Assembly (NCBI RefSeq): GCF_037042905.1
Contig: NC_087249.1
Coordinates: 8,682,001-8,746,000, forward strand
Length of the DNA: 64,000 bases
Reading direction: 5' to 3'
Origin: Lytechinus pictus
Lineage: Eukaryota
Under the pieces are notes generated by a model. The model searched no databases and was not told the origin of the DNA. It saw nothing but the letters and a program-made list of their open reading frames with translations. Made by a program: the position numbers and the translations under genes. Of this stretch, positions 51,786 to 64,000 are shown piece after piece (within the stretch, counting starts at the first letter, position 1; each line of letters starts with the position of its first letter).

Positions 51786-54298
51786 AGACCTACAGTCTTG
51801 TGGTTAGCGAAATCTATGATGGAGTTAAAAGAAAAGAAAAAAATATCCGGAACTTATTTCTAAATTTATATATGTCCATCCCAAAAGAAGCGTTTGAACT
51901 GTTTGCGTGTGTGTGTGTGTGAGGGTGTGTGGGTGGGTGTGCGAGTGTGTGTGAGGAAGTATGTTTTTTTTTTTTTTTTTTTTTTTTTTTTTCTTCGATT
52001 GAAAGACCTTCACTTGTCTTTTAGGTTTTTTTTTTTTTTTTCTTTTTCTTTTTGTGAAAGAGGGAAAGAAAATCGTTAAAGATGTTTACAATGACTGATT
52101 ACAATACTCAAAGCTGAAGCAAAGAACTATAAAAGTATGACAGCAAGTCATCAATAGAAAATTATAGAAATCGAGGAATGGATGGAATGGAATAAAATGT
52201 TTACTAAAAGAGTTGTTTTGACATCAAGTCATTTCTAGAAAGAAATTGATGAAAAGATAGAGAAAGGGTTTAACTGATAAAAAAAATCACTTCAGGCTGA
52301 AAATTTTACCTCTTACTTTTCTGTTGCTGTGGGTTTTTTTTTTCTTTTTTTTCTTACTTTTGTGTTTTTTTATGGCTTAGCTGTATAAAATGTATAAAAT
52401 GTTGACCTGGGTACAGTGTAACTTGCAGTTGTAAGTGGTAAAGAAGGGAATGGTGGATGAAGGAAAGATGAAATGATAAGAAACAGAAGGAGAATGCATT
52501 CAGAGTCTTCAAAAGGAAAGTCTTTCGCTTTTCTTTTCCTTTTTTTTTTGTGTGGATAAAATAACTTCAAAAATGTGTAAAATGCTTGAATTTGGTATAA
52601 AAATTTAAACAAATAATAATAATAAACATTCAGCTGCAAGTAATTAGAAAGAAATGATGGGAAGGGGAAGAAAAGATAGGATGGAAATCAGACAATGACT
52701 CTTCCTATTGAAACTCCTTCTTTTTCTTTTTTCTGGTCGTTTGATGATGATATGTAAAGCTGAAGCAAATAAAAGTATCTGACAGCAAGTAAAGGAAACT
52801 TTTGGAAATCAAGGAAAGGACGGAATGAGATTTAACAAAGGGAAGATAGTTATTTTTGTTGTTGTTGAAGTCTGAAAAATGATTCCTCACTTTTCAGTTA
52901 GCTTTTTTCTGTAATGTTTTAAACGACAGTTATGAATAAGTCAGGAGAATATAGTTAATTTGGGCAATGGATTTAATTGAAACAGAGTAAGAAGACAGAA
53001 AATCCTTCCCTCTCCTCTCGCTGGTATTTAAAATGTATAAGCTGTATATTGAGTATAGGATTATGGAAATGTGGACTTGGATACAGAGTATCTAAAAGAA
53101 AGTGATGCAAAATATAATAAGACATTTAAAAGCAAGTATTTTAGAAGGAAGTAATAGAAAGGAAAAGATGAAGAGAGTGTGACATGTAATGAAACATAGG
53201 GGAATGTAGATTCTGTAAACGGATAATCCCTCTTTTCTTTTCTTTTTTATTTTCGATATCTGTAAAAGGTATATACAAAATGGCTGATTTGGGGTTCTTT
53301 TAAAGCTGAAGCAAATAGGAAGGTATTATAAAGAATTCGTGAAAAGAAAAATTGTATAAAGGATGGGAAGGAAATGAAACAATAAAAACTTTCTTTCAGA
53401 TTGGACGTCCTTCTTCATGTTCTTCACTTTGAAAAGAAGGGTTAACGACATGAAGCAGAGTTGGAAGAGTTTTTTTTTTTTTTTTTTCCTGTTTGGTTTT
53501 TGTTTTGTCAATGATGAGCATATGTATGTTAAATCATTTTGAGTACAATGCTGGTTTTGGGACAAGTAATTTTAAATGTGAACTCTGGCGTGTCTTTAAA
53601 ATGTATGTTTGTTAAGGATTGCTTGGTATCCCTCATTTTGTTGAGGTTTGAGGATGGACGAAAGGTTTTGCACATAACGATATTACAGATAATGCTGTCG
53701 TATTTAATCAGATGTAACAGGTGCAAAGTCCGGTAAATTATTTTATTTGTGAGGTTCTCATGCATCTGATTGAGAATATCAATGGGAAATTAGAATGTAG
53801 TTTCCCCGTTGGTGTCTCTTTTTTTATATTCATTTTCTATGCATTTCTACAAGGTGCAATTACAATGAAGACAGAATGTTGGAAAAGCTTAGAGATGGAA
53901 GATTTCATTCTCCTCTCCTTTATTATTTGTTTTCCTTTATTTTCTTTTTATATTGGATCATCTTTGTTAGCGTTTGATGATTTGCAAGCATTACTACTTT
54001 TCTTTATTTTGTTCGTAAAGGGTTATTATGTTTTACTTGGAAAATATTTCCTAACGAATTTGTTGAATGTGAATTGGAAGGGAGCTCTCTCTATGTTTAA
54101 GGCTATTTTTAAGTATGTGTGTTCTTTACATGGGTCTGTGCTTTTTGATGAATAGTGTAATTGTGTTTCGATTGGCATGTACTTGGTGTTGGGTGTATGC
54201 GTGTGTCTGTAAATGGGAGTGTCTTTGGTGTGGTCCAGTGAATGTGAGTGATTGTTGTTTGAAGCGTGGTTATGCCTGTTCACATTTAAATCTGTTAC

Positions 54299-57200
54299 TT
54301 GGTCAGTTTCATTTGCATATTTTTCGGGATAGGGTGTTTAGGCTTCAATAGTAGGTCGTATTTTACTTTATTAACTTTAAATGTCAGAGGGCTAAGAGAT
54401 AGAATTAAAAGGAAGAACATTTTTGAATTTTGCAGAGATAAAGGCAGTAACATAGTATTTTTACAGGAAACATATAGTACGGTAGAGGTGGAAGAAAAAT
54501 GGAAATCAGAGTGGAGTGGTCAAATACTGTTCAGTCACGGAACAAATCATAGTAAAGGTGTTTTAGTTTTGATTTCTCCAAATATAAATATGAAAATTAA
54601 AAATGTGAGTATTGGCGAAAATGGAAGATATATTATAATGAAATTAGAATATCAGCAATCTACTTTTTTACTAGTAAATTGTTACTTTCCCACCAGGGAT
54701 AAAGAAAAGATGCAAATTGAATTTTTAGATGAATTGGAAAATTGTATTTCAAAGCTTTATAGTTCCGGAGATACAATAATTTTAGGAGGAGATTTTAATA
54801 TGATAATGAATGGGGATTTGGATTATATGGGGCCTCGAAAGTCTAAAAAAAACAAATTTAACGAAAAGTTCGAAGACCTCCTGGACAGATTATTTTTAGT
54901 AGATATATGGAGAAAAAAGAATCCAGAAAAAAAACAATTCACATTTAGACAAAAGTGGCCGGTCGTTCAGAGTCGGTTGGATTATTGGTTCCTTTCCTCT
55001 ACATTACAGGATTCCGTTAACTGTTGTGATATTTTGACATCAATTACACCAGATCACTCAGGTGTACTGCTTCAATTACGTAACTTTGTAAATGCTCCAG
55101 ACTTTGGAAATTCTTATTGGAAATTCAATAACAGTTTGTGCGTAGATCAAGAATTTGTTAGGATGTTTAAAGATAAAGTAGTTGCATTAAAAGCAGAATG
55201 GATTCCAAAAATAAAGGACAAATTACTGTTATGGGATTTTTTGAAAATGAAAATGAGACAGTTTATTAATACATATACAAAAGAAAAGGCAAAGGTCAGA
55301 AAAAATGAAATTAAAAAAATAGAGAAAGAAATAGAAGAATTAGAAAATAAACTTTTGTCTCAGCCATTGAGAAATATAATTGATGACATTGATGAGAAAA
55401 AATCTAATTTGAACAAGTTATATGATTATAGTCGACAAGGTTTAAAAATTCGGTCAAGGGCAGTTTGGTTTGAGGAAGGAGAACAAAAAACACAATATTT
55501 TGAACAGCTATTGAAGTCTAATAAACGGAAAAGTGTGATAAAAGAATTATATGATGACGATGATCACATCATTAAGGATAGAAAGGAAATATTGAAGAAG
55601 ATTGGAACGTATTATGAAAACTTATACTCATTGAGTGAAGCTATTGTTAATGAAAATTCTTTGTTCCTTAAGGATATTCCTCAATTAAGTAAAGAAAGTT
55701 GTAATATATGTGAAGGTAGAATAAGTATTCATGAATGTTTAAATGTTTTAAAAGAAATGAAATATAATAAATCCCCTGGTAACGATGGTTTTACGGTAGA
55801 GTTTTATTATACTTTTTGGAATTTATTAGGGGGACTTTTGGTAGATGTTTTAAATGAAACATATGAAAGGGGAAAACTGACAACCTCACAAAAGCAAGGT
55901 GTGATAACGTTATTGGAAAAAAAAGATAAAGATCCATTATATGTCCAAAATTTTAGACCAATTACACTTTTAAATGTGGATTACAAAATATTGTCAAAGG
56001 TTTTAGCAAAAAGATTAAAAGGTATACTAAATGAGATAATTCACAATGATCAAGTTGGCTATGTAAAAGATAGAAACATTGGGGATGGTGTAAGATTAAT
56101 AGATGATATGTTATATCAATCTAATTTCAAAAATATTGGATATTTAATCACTGTTGATTTTGAAAAGGCCTTTGATTCTGTTTCACATGATTTTCTTTTT
56201 AAGATCCTTAAACTATTTGGATTTGGGCACTCATTCTGTTCGTGGGTCCGTATTTTATACTCGGATATTACTAGTAGTGTTATGAATGGGGGGTTTTCTT
56301 CCGGTTATTTTAATATAAAGCGAGGGGTAAGACAGGGGGATCCCCTCTCCCCATATTTGTTTCTGCTCTGTATTGAAATACTTGCTCTGGCAATAAGGAA
56401 AGACAGACAGGTTGAAGGAATTCAATTTCAGAACCGTGAAATAAAGCAAATTTTGTATGCTGATGATATATCATTGTTTGTTAAAAATACACACTCTTTA
56501 GATCGTCTTCAATACCTTTTTGAAGAATTCGAGAAAATTAGTGGTCTAAAAATAAACAAAGGAAAAACTAATATTTTGTGGATGGGTCGGGATAATGACA
56601 GACCTCAGACACAGTTGTTTGGGAATTTTGTTCAGCATATTAAAATTTTAGGTGTTTACTTTTCTCTTAATGTTATAATAAAAGAAGACATGAATTACAA
56701 AGAAATACTTAGTAAAATAAAAAGACTGTTGGGATGGTGGAAACAAAGGGATCTCACACTTATGGGGAAAATTCACTTGTTAAAAACATATGCATTGTCA
56801 AGGCTAAACTTTGTTTCGTCACTAATAGTGGTTCCTCAGTGGTTGTATGCTGAGGTTGAAAAGATCACATTTGAATTTTTATGGTCCGGAAAAGATCGGA
56901 TAAAGAGAATTATAATGTACCAGGATTACTCACAAGGGGGTTTAAAAATGATGAATTTTAAGTTGTTTGTAAAGTCTCAACGTTTAATGTGGCTTAAGCG
57001 ATTAATTTACGGAGAACGAGATGCAGGATGGAAATTGTATTTTGATTTTTGTTTTCGATCAGTTGGGGGGAGATTTCTGTTTCTATGTGACTTTGACACT
57101 TCAAAATTAAATATAAAAATGCCCCCATTTTATTCAGAAATGATGAAGGCTTGGCAAGACTTAAGGAGATTTCGTTATTCTGAAGAGGAGGTTAACCCTA

Positions 57201-58144
57201 TTATATTCAATAATCAACATATTTGTATAAAAGGTATAACAATTTTTGACAATGATCTTTTTAATAAAGGAATATTTAGCGTTGATCAAATCTTTGATAA
57301 TGGCCACTTGAAGCCTGTGACTTTTTTTCAAAATCTCGGTATTACCGCAAATCAACTTCTCCAAATAATAGATATTGTGCACGTTATACCAGCAAGCTGG
57401 AAAAATTTTAATAGTTTAATAAAGTTTAAAAAAATTGATTTGGTAGACTTTGGGATAAGTATGAATATTGGAAAACAGGAAACAGCTTTTGAAGTAATTA
57501 AATCAAAAACAATTTATAACTTGTTTATAACTAAGCTACAAGAGCTATACAAGTTAACACTTAAGGATGGTCACAGTGATTTTGATTTTACTGATGTAGA
57601 AATTTGTAAATTATTTGAATATATCAGGAGTACAACTCTTATAAGAAAACAAAGGGAATTTCAGTTTAGGCTTTTACATGGAGCAATATATACAAAAGAG
57701 CATTTGATGAGATTTGGTTTCGTGGGAGATAATTATTGTTCGTTTGGTTGTACAAAAACTGAATCGTACTTTCATATACTCATGGATTGCATAAAAGTTA
57801 AACCTCTTTGGCAATTTTGTATTGATCATTTTTGTTTAGCTGAATTAAGAACTTTGAATTGGAGGGAAATATTCTTAGGATTACCTGGAAATTCTTGTAG
57901 AATTAAATGTGTCAATTCTGTTATTCTTTTTATTAAATATGCAATTTTTAATTCCAGAGCTGAAGGCCGGGTACCGTCATTTATTAAAATACACAAATAT
58001 ATAACGGGTTGTATAGAAGAAGAAAGACGCCTGGCAACGAAGTCAGGCAAGTTAAGTTTACATTTGCAGAAATGGGATGAACTGAAGGTGAAAAGGGATT
58101 TGAATGTGAACAGGTGGGATGTGTCTAGTGTGGTGCGAGTGTGA
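54299..58144 (+). CDS. L1/Tx1-clade LINE ORF2 (APE endonuclease, reverse transcriptase, C-terminal zinc knuckle), uninterrupted
   Basis: LNVRGL, FLQET, GGDFN, SRLDY, PDH, WKFN; KSPGNDG, NFRPITLLNVDYKI, DFEKAFDSV, GVRQGDPLSP, YADD; CSFGC..ESYFHI..C. No stop over 1281 codons. Confidence 0.96.
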   Translation: MVSFICIFFGIGCLGFNSRSYFTLLTLNVRGLRDRIKRKNIFEFCRDKGSNIVFLQETYSTVEVEEKWKSEWSGQILFSHGTNHSKGVLVLISPNINMKIKNVSIGENGRYIIMKLEYQQSTFLLVNCYFPTRDKEKMQIEFLDELENCISKLYSSGDTIILGGDFNMIMNGDLDYMGPRKSKKNKFNEKFEDLLDRLFLVDIWRKKNPEKKQFTFRQKWPVVQSRLDYWFLSSTLQDSVNCCDILTSITPDHSGVLLQLRNFVNAPDFGNSYWKFNNSLCVDQEFVRMFKDKVVALKAEWIPKIKDKLLLWDFLKMKMRQFINTYTKEKAKVRKNEIKKIEKEIEELENKLLSQPLRNIIDDIDEKKSNLNKLYDYSRQGLKIRSRAVWFEEGEQKTQYFEQLLKSNKRKSVIKELYDDDDHIIKDRKEILKKIGTYYENLYSLSEAIVNENSLFLKDIPQLSKESCNICEGRISIHECLNVLKEMKYNKSPGNDGFTVEFYYTFWNLLGGLLVDVLNETYERGKLTTSQKQGVITLLEKKDKDPLYVQNFRPITLLNVDYKILSKVLAKRLKGILNEIIHNDQVGYVKDRNIGDGVRLIDDMLYQSNFKNIGYLITVDFEKAFDSVSHDFLFKILKLFGFGHSFCSWVRILYSDITSSVMNGGFSSGYFNIKRGVRQGDPLSPYLFLLCIEILALAIRKDRQVEGIQFQNREIKQILYADDISLFVKNTHSLDRLQYLFEEFEKISGLKINKGKTNILWMGRDNDRPQTQLFGNFVQHIKILGVYFSLNVIIKEDMNYKEILSKIKRLLGWWKQRDLTLMGKIHLLKTYALSRLNFVSSLIVVPQWLYAEVEKITFEFLWSGKDRIKRIIMYQDYSQGGLKMMNFKLFVKSQRLMWLKRLIYGERDAGWKLYFDFCFRSVGGRFLFLCDFDTSKLNIKMPPFYSEMMKAWQDLRRFRYSEEEVNPIIFNNQHICIKGITIFDNDLFNKGIFSVDQIFDNGHLKPVTFFQNLGITANQLLQIIDIVHVIPASWKNFNSLIKFKKIDLVDFGISMNIGKQETAFEVIKSKTIYNLFITKLQELYKLTLKDGHSDFDFTDVEICKLFEYIRSTTLIRKQREFQFRLLHGAIYTKEHLMRFGFVGDNYCSFGCTKTESYFHILMDCIKVKPLWQFCIDHFCLAELRTLNWREIFLGLPGNSCRIKCVNSVILFIKYAIFNSRAEGRVPSFIKIHKYITGCIEEERRLATKSGKLSLHLQKWDELKVKRDLNVNRWDVSSVVRV

Positions 58145-58729
58145 ATCCTGGTGTGTATGTTGATGTTTTTTTTTTCTTTTTACTAGTTCTTTTCAATTTC
58201 CCATTCTCTTGTATCAATATGATTTGCAGGGTTTTTTTTTCTTTCTGTATCCTATTGCGCCAAAATGTTAAACGTTCATTATGCAGATTTGTATATATTA
58301 TGTTTGTTTACGTATGCGTGGTATGTGCATGTGTGTATGGGTGTTAAGGTGCGTGTGTATGTGTGTATAATTATGTAAAGTTATGTTGAAGCTTGATTTA
58401 AAATGGGATGCAATGATAATACATTTAGGTTGATTTCTGTTTTCCTGCAAATCATTTATATAGCCATTTAACATTAATTATTATTGAAATACATAGAGGG
58501 TTGGGGACTCAGTTGAGTTATTTTTTTTTTCAGATATAAAAGTATAATTTTAAGGAGTTTCATTCCGTCCTTATTTGCTTCAGTTCTTGGTAAATATATA
58601 TGTACTTTTTTGCATATCCTTGTTGATATGAAATGAAGATTTGTATTTTGTTTTGTATTCATCTGCAGTTTATGTAATTCATTTGAATGAAATCCTTAAT
58701 AAAAACATATTGAAAAAAAAAAAAAAAAA
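54299..58729 (+). mobile_element. L1/Tx1-clade LINE including 3' UTR, AATAAA (58698) and A17 tail (58713-58729); 5' end may extend to ~51960
   Basis: ORF2, poly(A) signal and poly(A) tail are seen directly; the 5' boundary is not resolved. Confidence 0.85.
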
Positions 58730-58744
58730 GTGGGTGGGGTGGAT

Positions 58745-58778
<34 letters not shown>

Positions 58779-58865
58779 GTGTGTGCGTTTGTGTGTGAAA
58801 TGGTGGATAGGTATCTTTCTGGATATGGAGGTGTGTGAGGGTGTGTGTGTGGGTGTCTGTGTGTG
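58730..58865. repeat. (GT)n-rich microsatellite; a similar tract lies at 51900-51955
   Basis: Seen directly. Confidence 0.9.
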
Positions 58866-60939
58866 GAAGGATGGGTAGGTGTCCTGCCTGCACAATAAGT
58901 TCCATTCTTTACCCAGTAGTTTAGTGCTTATGAGTTTTACGACCTTTTCTGAGATCGTCTCGTAGTCAGACATGCATGCAAAGATCTACATGAAAATTGT
59001 AAAAAATATACGAGGAAAATAATTCAGGACATATCAATCAATCCGTCAATGATTAAATGTTCATACTTCAGACAAGATAACTTGAATTGATGGGACATTT
59101 TTTTTTATTCTGATTCACTCTGTATGGAGCAATAAGTTAAAACAACCTTCCTGATAATACAAGAATCGAAAACCGATCAGCGTTTTTCAAATCAATCCTA
59201 AAAATAACCTAAATGCACGCAAAATAAGGGATAAATGACGTTAATTCTTACGTAATAATAACCATTTCACAGCTCATGCTATTTTTAATGTATTACCTTT
59301 TTAACCCTGATACTCCCGGGGAGGAGCAGAATGGCCCCCTTTGAGATTTTTCGCAAGAAATCCACCGCGCTGAATTTCCGCTCACTGACTTATTACTTTC
59401 AAGTCCAAGTCTCCCACAACTTTGGGGACCAAGTTTGCGACGCTCGTGTACACAGTTACGAAAAACGCAACATTATGTAAGTGCACGTCAGACCCCAAAT
59501 TGCCCCAAAAACATGATTTCTTGTACAAACTCAATACTAAATGTGTTTTTAAAAAACACAGGCATTTACATTGATGCTATTTATGGCCGATATAATGTCG
59601 TCGACAAATTTTGTATAAAAAAAAAAGAAAGAAAAAGAACAAAAAATAAATATCAAATAAATGAATATATATATAAAAAAAGAAAGATTAAAAAAATTAA
59701 ATACTTAAGAAATCGAATTTTTCTTCCACTTACAATTGTTAGGAATGCTATAATTTATCAAGAATATCAACACCTAGAAGTAGCATTTAGGAGCTTTATT
59801 TAGTGAATTAGAGAAAAGGGTAAGTACATGAATAGATTAGCATTATGATGTCAATCAATTCATTCATATTTACAATTTTAGATGACGAATTATTAAATTT
59901 GAATCATAACAGTACTGTAATTCTCAACTCCTAATAGTCAATCAGTTGCATTTAATATCCTTTGGAGTAGTTATGTTCCTGACCAACAGAATTTGATCAC
60001 ACATACATGTATATATATTTAGTGTGTTTTTCTCCAGCAAAATGAAGTGAAAACAGTCTGCTGAAAATGAGATGTCCTGTGTTTTTCTCCATTACGCTTG
60101 TCAAATTGTCCCAATTTTGAAAAAAATTCTCAGAACTGAACCCACATATAATCCATCTAATTTCTCATTTTGCCTATCGATTAGACCGTTTTCCGTGTTT
60201 TAAAAGTGACACTGTGATGTTCTAAAGTTCCACAACGATTAAGTCACTGCATATCCTTTTAATAACATTTTTTTATCATTGGACTTCATTAACGGATTGC
60301 ATGTGCATCTGCATAATATATCTTTTCCAATGCAGTACTGCACCTGTCCTATCAAGGATTGCCGCTTCATCCAACTTAGAGGCATCCAGCTTCCCCCAGC
60401 TTGATATACAACTTTACCTTCGGGTGTTGAATGATCAATGTCAGTTATCATCGATTTGGTGTTCCATTGGATGGCTTGATTTATAGGGCGGCCTCATATT
60501 ATAAAAGTCATCTCTAATTGTTGAAATCAAACCAATTTAGTGCAAGTATTCTGCGGAGGCAGTTCGTATCAAAGTCATCGTGTTTGTGTTCTTGAGATAT
60601 GTCCGATTCTCATGTCACAGATCCATATAGAAAACCTAAACTTTTGTCTTGAGAGAGAATCTGCTGTCTAACCAGGTCTTGTTTCAGGTGTTAAAATGCT
60701 CGTAGTGCACCTTTTCAATACCGCAATGATTTGTGTAATGTCTTCTAGGTCATTTATCGAACTTCTAATATTCACACATCTTCATATCTTCATAAGATAA
60801 ACTATTTCAAATTGATAGCGAAGATATCTTTCAGAGGATGGTGGGTTCCTGGCATGTTTGGCGTTCCTGTATATATTCATTTGTGATTTTATTTGGCCAG
60901 AAAATTTGAAGGATCTTTCTCAGGCTTTGCTTTGATACA

Positions 60940-62230
60940 GTCTCAGCTTTGTTCTTGTGCTTTATACTACTGTGATCTCCAAATCTTGTTCAACGTTATA
61001 AATGATATATATGCTTTATTCAGACGGTTTCTGGTGTCATTTTCTGCCCCACCATCACTTGTGACAACGCTACCAATGTACTTGAACTCCTCTGCTGTAG
61101 AAACATCTTTCCCATTCACTTGTATTGGTAACGGATTTGTGTTATTCAATGTCATTATCTCTGTTTTGTTTTTGTTGATTTTAAGACCAACTTGTTGGGC
61201 ATATTTACTCAGCCGTGTCGTCTTTGTTTCCATATGCTGGTGTGTATGTGAAAATAAGGCAAGATCATCGGCAAAGTCGAGGTCTTCCAGTATGGAAAAT
61301 ATGGACCATCTGATACCTCTCGGGTGATCTTCGGTAGTTCTTCTCATTACCCAGTCAATTGTGATTATGAAGAGGATTGCAGACATGACACATCCCTGTC
61401 TAACTCCTGATTTTACTTCAAATTTTATGTCACTATTTCCCACGTTGCATGTAAAGTTAGAGTAAAAGCTCTTAATAACTTGGACAATGTCCTTTGGTAT
61501 CCCATACAGCCTTCTCAAAATCGACAAAGTTGATATACATTTGTCTCTGCCATTTTGTGCACTGTTCTATGATGTTACGCAGTGCAAATATTTGATCTAT
61601 GCATCCTCTTCCTCTGCGGAACCCTGCTTGCTCATATCTGAGATGCTGGTCTACTGCACTTGTTATACGGTTCACAATTATTTTCGAAAAAATCTTACTA
61701 GGAATCGATAAGAGGGTGATCCACGCCAGTTATTGCAGTATCTCTGGTTTCCTTTCTTGGGAATTTTGACAATAATACCTTCTGACCAGTCATCTGGAAT
61801 TTGTTTTTTACTCCACACTGCTTTAAATAGTGGTTCGAAAAATTCTGCGGTAGCCTCTGGGTGTGCTTTGAAAAATTATGCGTTTAAGTTGTCATGTCCA
61901 GATTTACCATTTCTCAAAGATTTAATGGCAGATACTATTTCCCATTTAGTTGGAGGGTCAATGTTTATGTTGAGATCCTCTTCTGCCTCTTGGATGTCTG
62001 CATCGGTTAATGGTGGTGGTCTATTCAGTACTTAACTGAAATGCTCTGCCCATCTAGCATCTCTTTCTGCTTATGTTTTAAAAATATTTCCTTGTATACT
62101 AAGAACTGGTGCATCTGCTTCATCTGCGAGACTATCCAAGTACTTCCTTCTGTCAGTTCTTGTTTTTTCTTAACTTGCTTGTTAGCTTCCTGATACTGTC
62201 GGCTGTATCTCTGTTTTAGCCTTTCATAAA
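60940..62230 (-). mobile_element. Decayed RTE-clade LINE (RT region)
   Basis: EQAGFRRGRGCIDQIFALRNIIEQC, FVDFEKA, YGIP, GVRQGCVMS, LEDLDFADDLAL, GLKINKNKTE, FKYIGS spread over frameshifted ORFs. Confidence 0.92.
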
Positions 62231-62254
62231 ACACTTTATAAAACATAATTTACT

Positions 62255-63468
62255 CAGGGCCTATGCCTTCGTTGTTTCTGGTGCTCGCATTGTCTGTTTA
62301 ACGAGATTTATAATCCTGTTGTACTAAAACCTGCCGTTTTCAAGTCAATATACACCAAATATATTTCCTCGCACTTCGAGTTATTATTGTTTTATGTCGT
62401 GCCATATGCTTCTTTTTCATGACTACTTAAAGTGATTGCCCCATTTTAAGGTCTTAATATAAAACATTTCCTGTCCATGTTTACGTTCGCATTAGTGGAT
62501 TGGTGAGATATGTCTGCTCTTCATGAATTCCTAAAATCAGCCCTTAAAATGTCCCCTTTTCTGATCTGAATATCAAAAGTTTTCAGTTCGCTTGGCACTC
62601 GCATTAGATGACTATGGTGAGATATGTATACTCTTAATGGATTCCTTTAAAAATAGTCCTTAAAATATCCCTGTTTGGTTCAAAATATACAAAAGTTTGA
62701 GCTCGCACTTTGCACTCGCATCATTTGGTCATTGAAATACGTATGGTCTTCGTAAATTCCTACAAACAAGCCTTAAAATGCCCCTCTTCAGGGGGGCGTT
62801 TCATGAAAGGACTTGTCGGACGTTTTATCCGACAAGTCCCATTTTATCCGACAGTTACCATAGTAACAGTACCTCTCAGCCAATCAACATCAGAGAAAGA
62901 TGTCAGATCTGACAACTTGTCGGATGAAAATGTTGATGAAACACTCCCCAGGTCTGAATTTCCTAAATTTTCGCGCTCGCAATATTTATAGTGAGATGCG
63001 TATGTTAATCATTATTACAATGACAACAAGTGCTTCATGTGTTTAGATGTAATTCAAACAAAATCAGCAAGCGCTTGGCACTCGCTTTAGATGACTGTGG
63101 TGAGATATGTATACTCTTAATGGATTCCTAAAATATAGTCCTTAAAATTTCCCTGTTTGGGGTCAATATATTATACAAAATTTTCAGCTCGCGCTTCGTG
63201 CTCGTATTATTTATTTAGCGAGACAGGTACGTATCATGATTTGCTTACAATGTCCCTTTATAGGTCTGAATATTTAAAAAAAATCAGCTCGCGCTTCGCG
63301 CTCGTATTATTTGATCAGTGAGATACATATCCGGTTAATGGCACTGTCCTTAAAATGTCTCTATTAGGTCAGTATACCTGGCAACTGAGCGCACTTTGCA
63401 CGCTCACTAATCAACTCAAAATTGTTGCTGGTGCACCCCCAATACCGTGACCCACGGTACGCCACTGC
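62255..63468. mobile_element. hAT-like gcgcttcgcgctc-type element with a nested MITE at 62791-62949
   Basis: Ends ..cggtacgccactg; inner IR ggggcgtttcatgaa / ttgatgaaacactcccc. Confidence 0.65.
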
Positions 63469-63589
63469 CTACAAAAGACCTTTTTGACGCCTGAATATAT
63501 GCATTCAGAATCCCCCCCCCCCCGCCGCCGCTTCCCCATTTTATATTGCTATACCGAGTGATCTGTTGGCCTTCTTGCGTTTGTGATAT

Positions 63590-64000
63590 CTAGTGTTATT
63601 TTCAGGGAGTATATTAGAAAAGAGTATTAACAACATATTTTATAAGTTCCTAAATACTTTTCATTTTCTAAATTCAAACCAATATGGATTCAGCAAAGGG
63701 CATTCAACGGTCCAGGCTTTAATACAAATATTAGCTCCATTAATATACGATAAAAATATTACAAATCAATGGCAAATAAAGAACTTAAGCATATACGGAT
63801 AGCCTTAATTCGACATTCGACCACCAAAGTTTGCTTTTAAAAAATTGAAAACTTTATCCAAGAATCGCACTATCATGGTTCGACAGATATTTGTCAGAAA
63901 GAAAACAATTATGTAATTCCCAATGTTTCTTCTAACTTCCATGCAATAAAATGCAGAGTTCCAGAATGATTGAGCTTAGGCCCCTAGTTTTTCCTCATAT
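63590..64000 (+). mobile_element. Heavily decayed CR1/L2-group RT fragment
   Basis: LEKSI..NSNQYGFSKGHSTVQALI, followed by frameshifted AFD..DH-like, WF..YLS.RKQ-like and LGPL.FLI-like remnants. Confidence 0.7.

Noticed and set aside
53721..54155. 144-aa hydrophobic ORF upstream of LINE ORF2 as a candidate ORF1
   Set aside because: T-rich compositional ORF with a non-ATG start and no coiled-coil, RRM or zinc-knuckle features.
60239..60486. Moderately complex sequence with short ORFs (one frame reads LDEAAILDRTGAVL, faintly profilin-like)
   Set aside because: Too short, no convincing splice model and no recognisable domain.

Overview
Repeat-rich, AT-rich animal genomic DNA with spliceosomal introns. 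The repeat families and the FMO suggest a marine invertebrate, probably a sea urchin (inference only). Three host genes can be built. (1) An intact five-coding-exon flavin-containing monooxygenase on the minus strand (51785-45306, 529 aa). (2-3) Two paralogous micro-exon genes that the ORF track misses (copy A, + strand, 8307-18298; copy B, - strand, 37261-26860). Each encodes a ~70-aa precursor with a signal peptide, an acidic pro-region and a short C-terminal two-Cys peptide (B: ...EER|DDCKMPGLWCG*; A: ...EESDCPPGLWCGSM*). They lie tail-to-tail in the arms of a ~35-kb inverted duplication (about 7280-23280 vs 23920-42120). The mature-peptide exon of copy A is hit by a 319-bp insertion. The rest is mobile DNA: an uninterrupted L1/Tx1-clade ORF2 with a poly(A) tail, decayed CR1/L2-like and RTE LINEs, Helentron/HINE-like elements, hAT-, Tc1/mariner-, Kolobok- and Harbinger-like non-autonomous elements, tRNA-derived SINEs, and a ~175-bp satellite with higher-order structure. 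All alignments were done by eye and no databases were searched.
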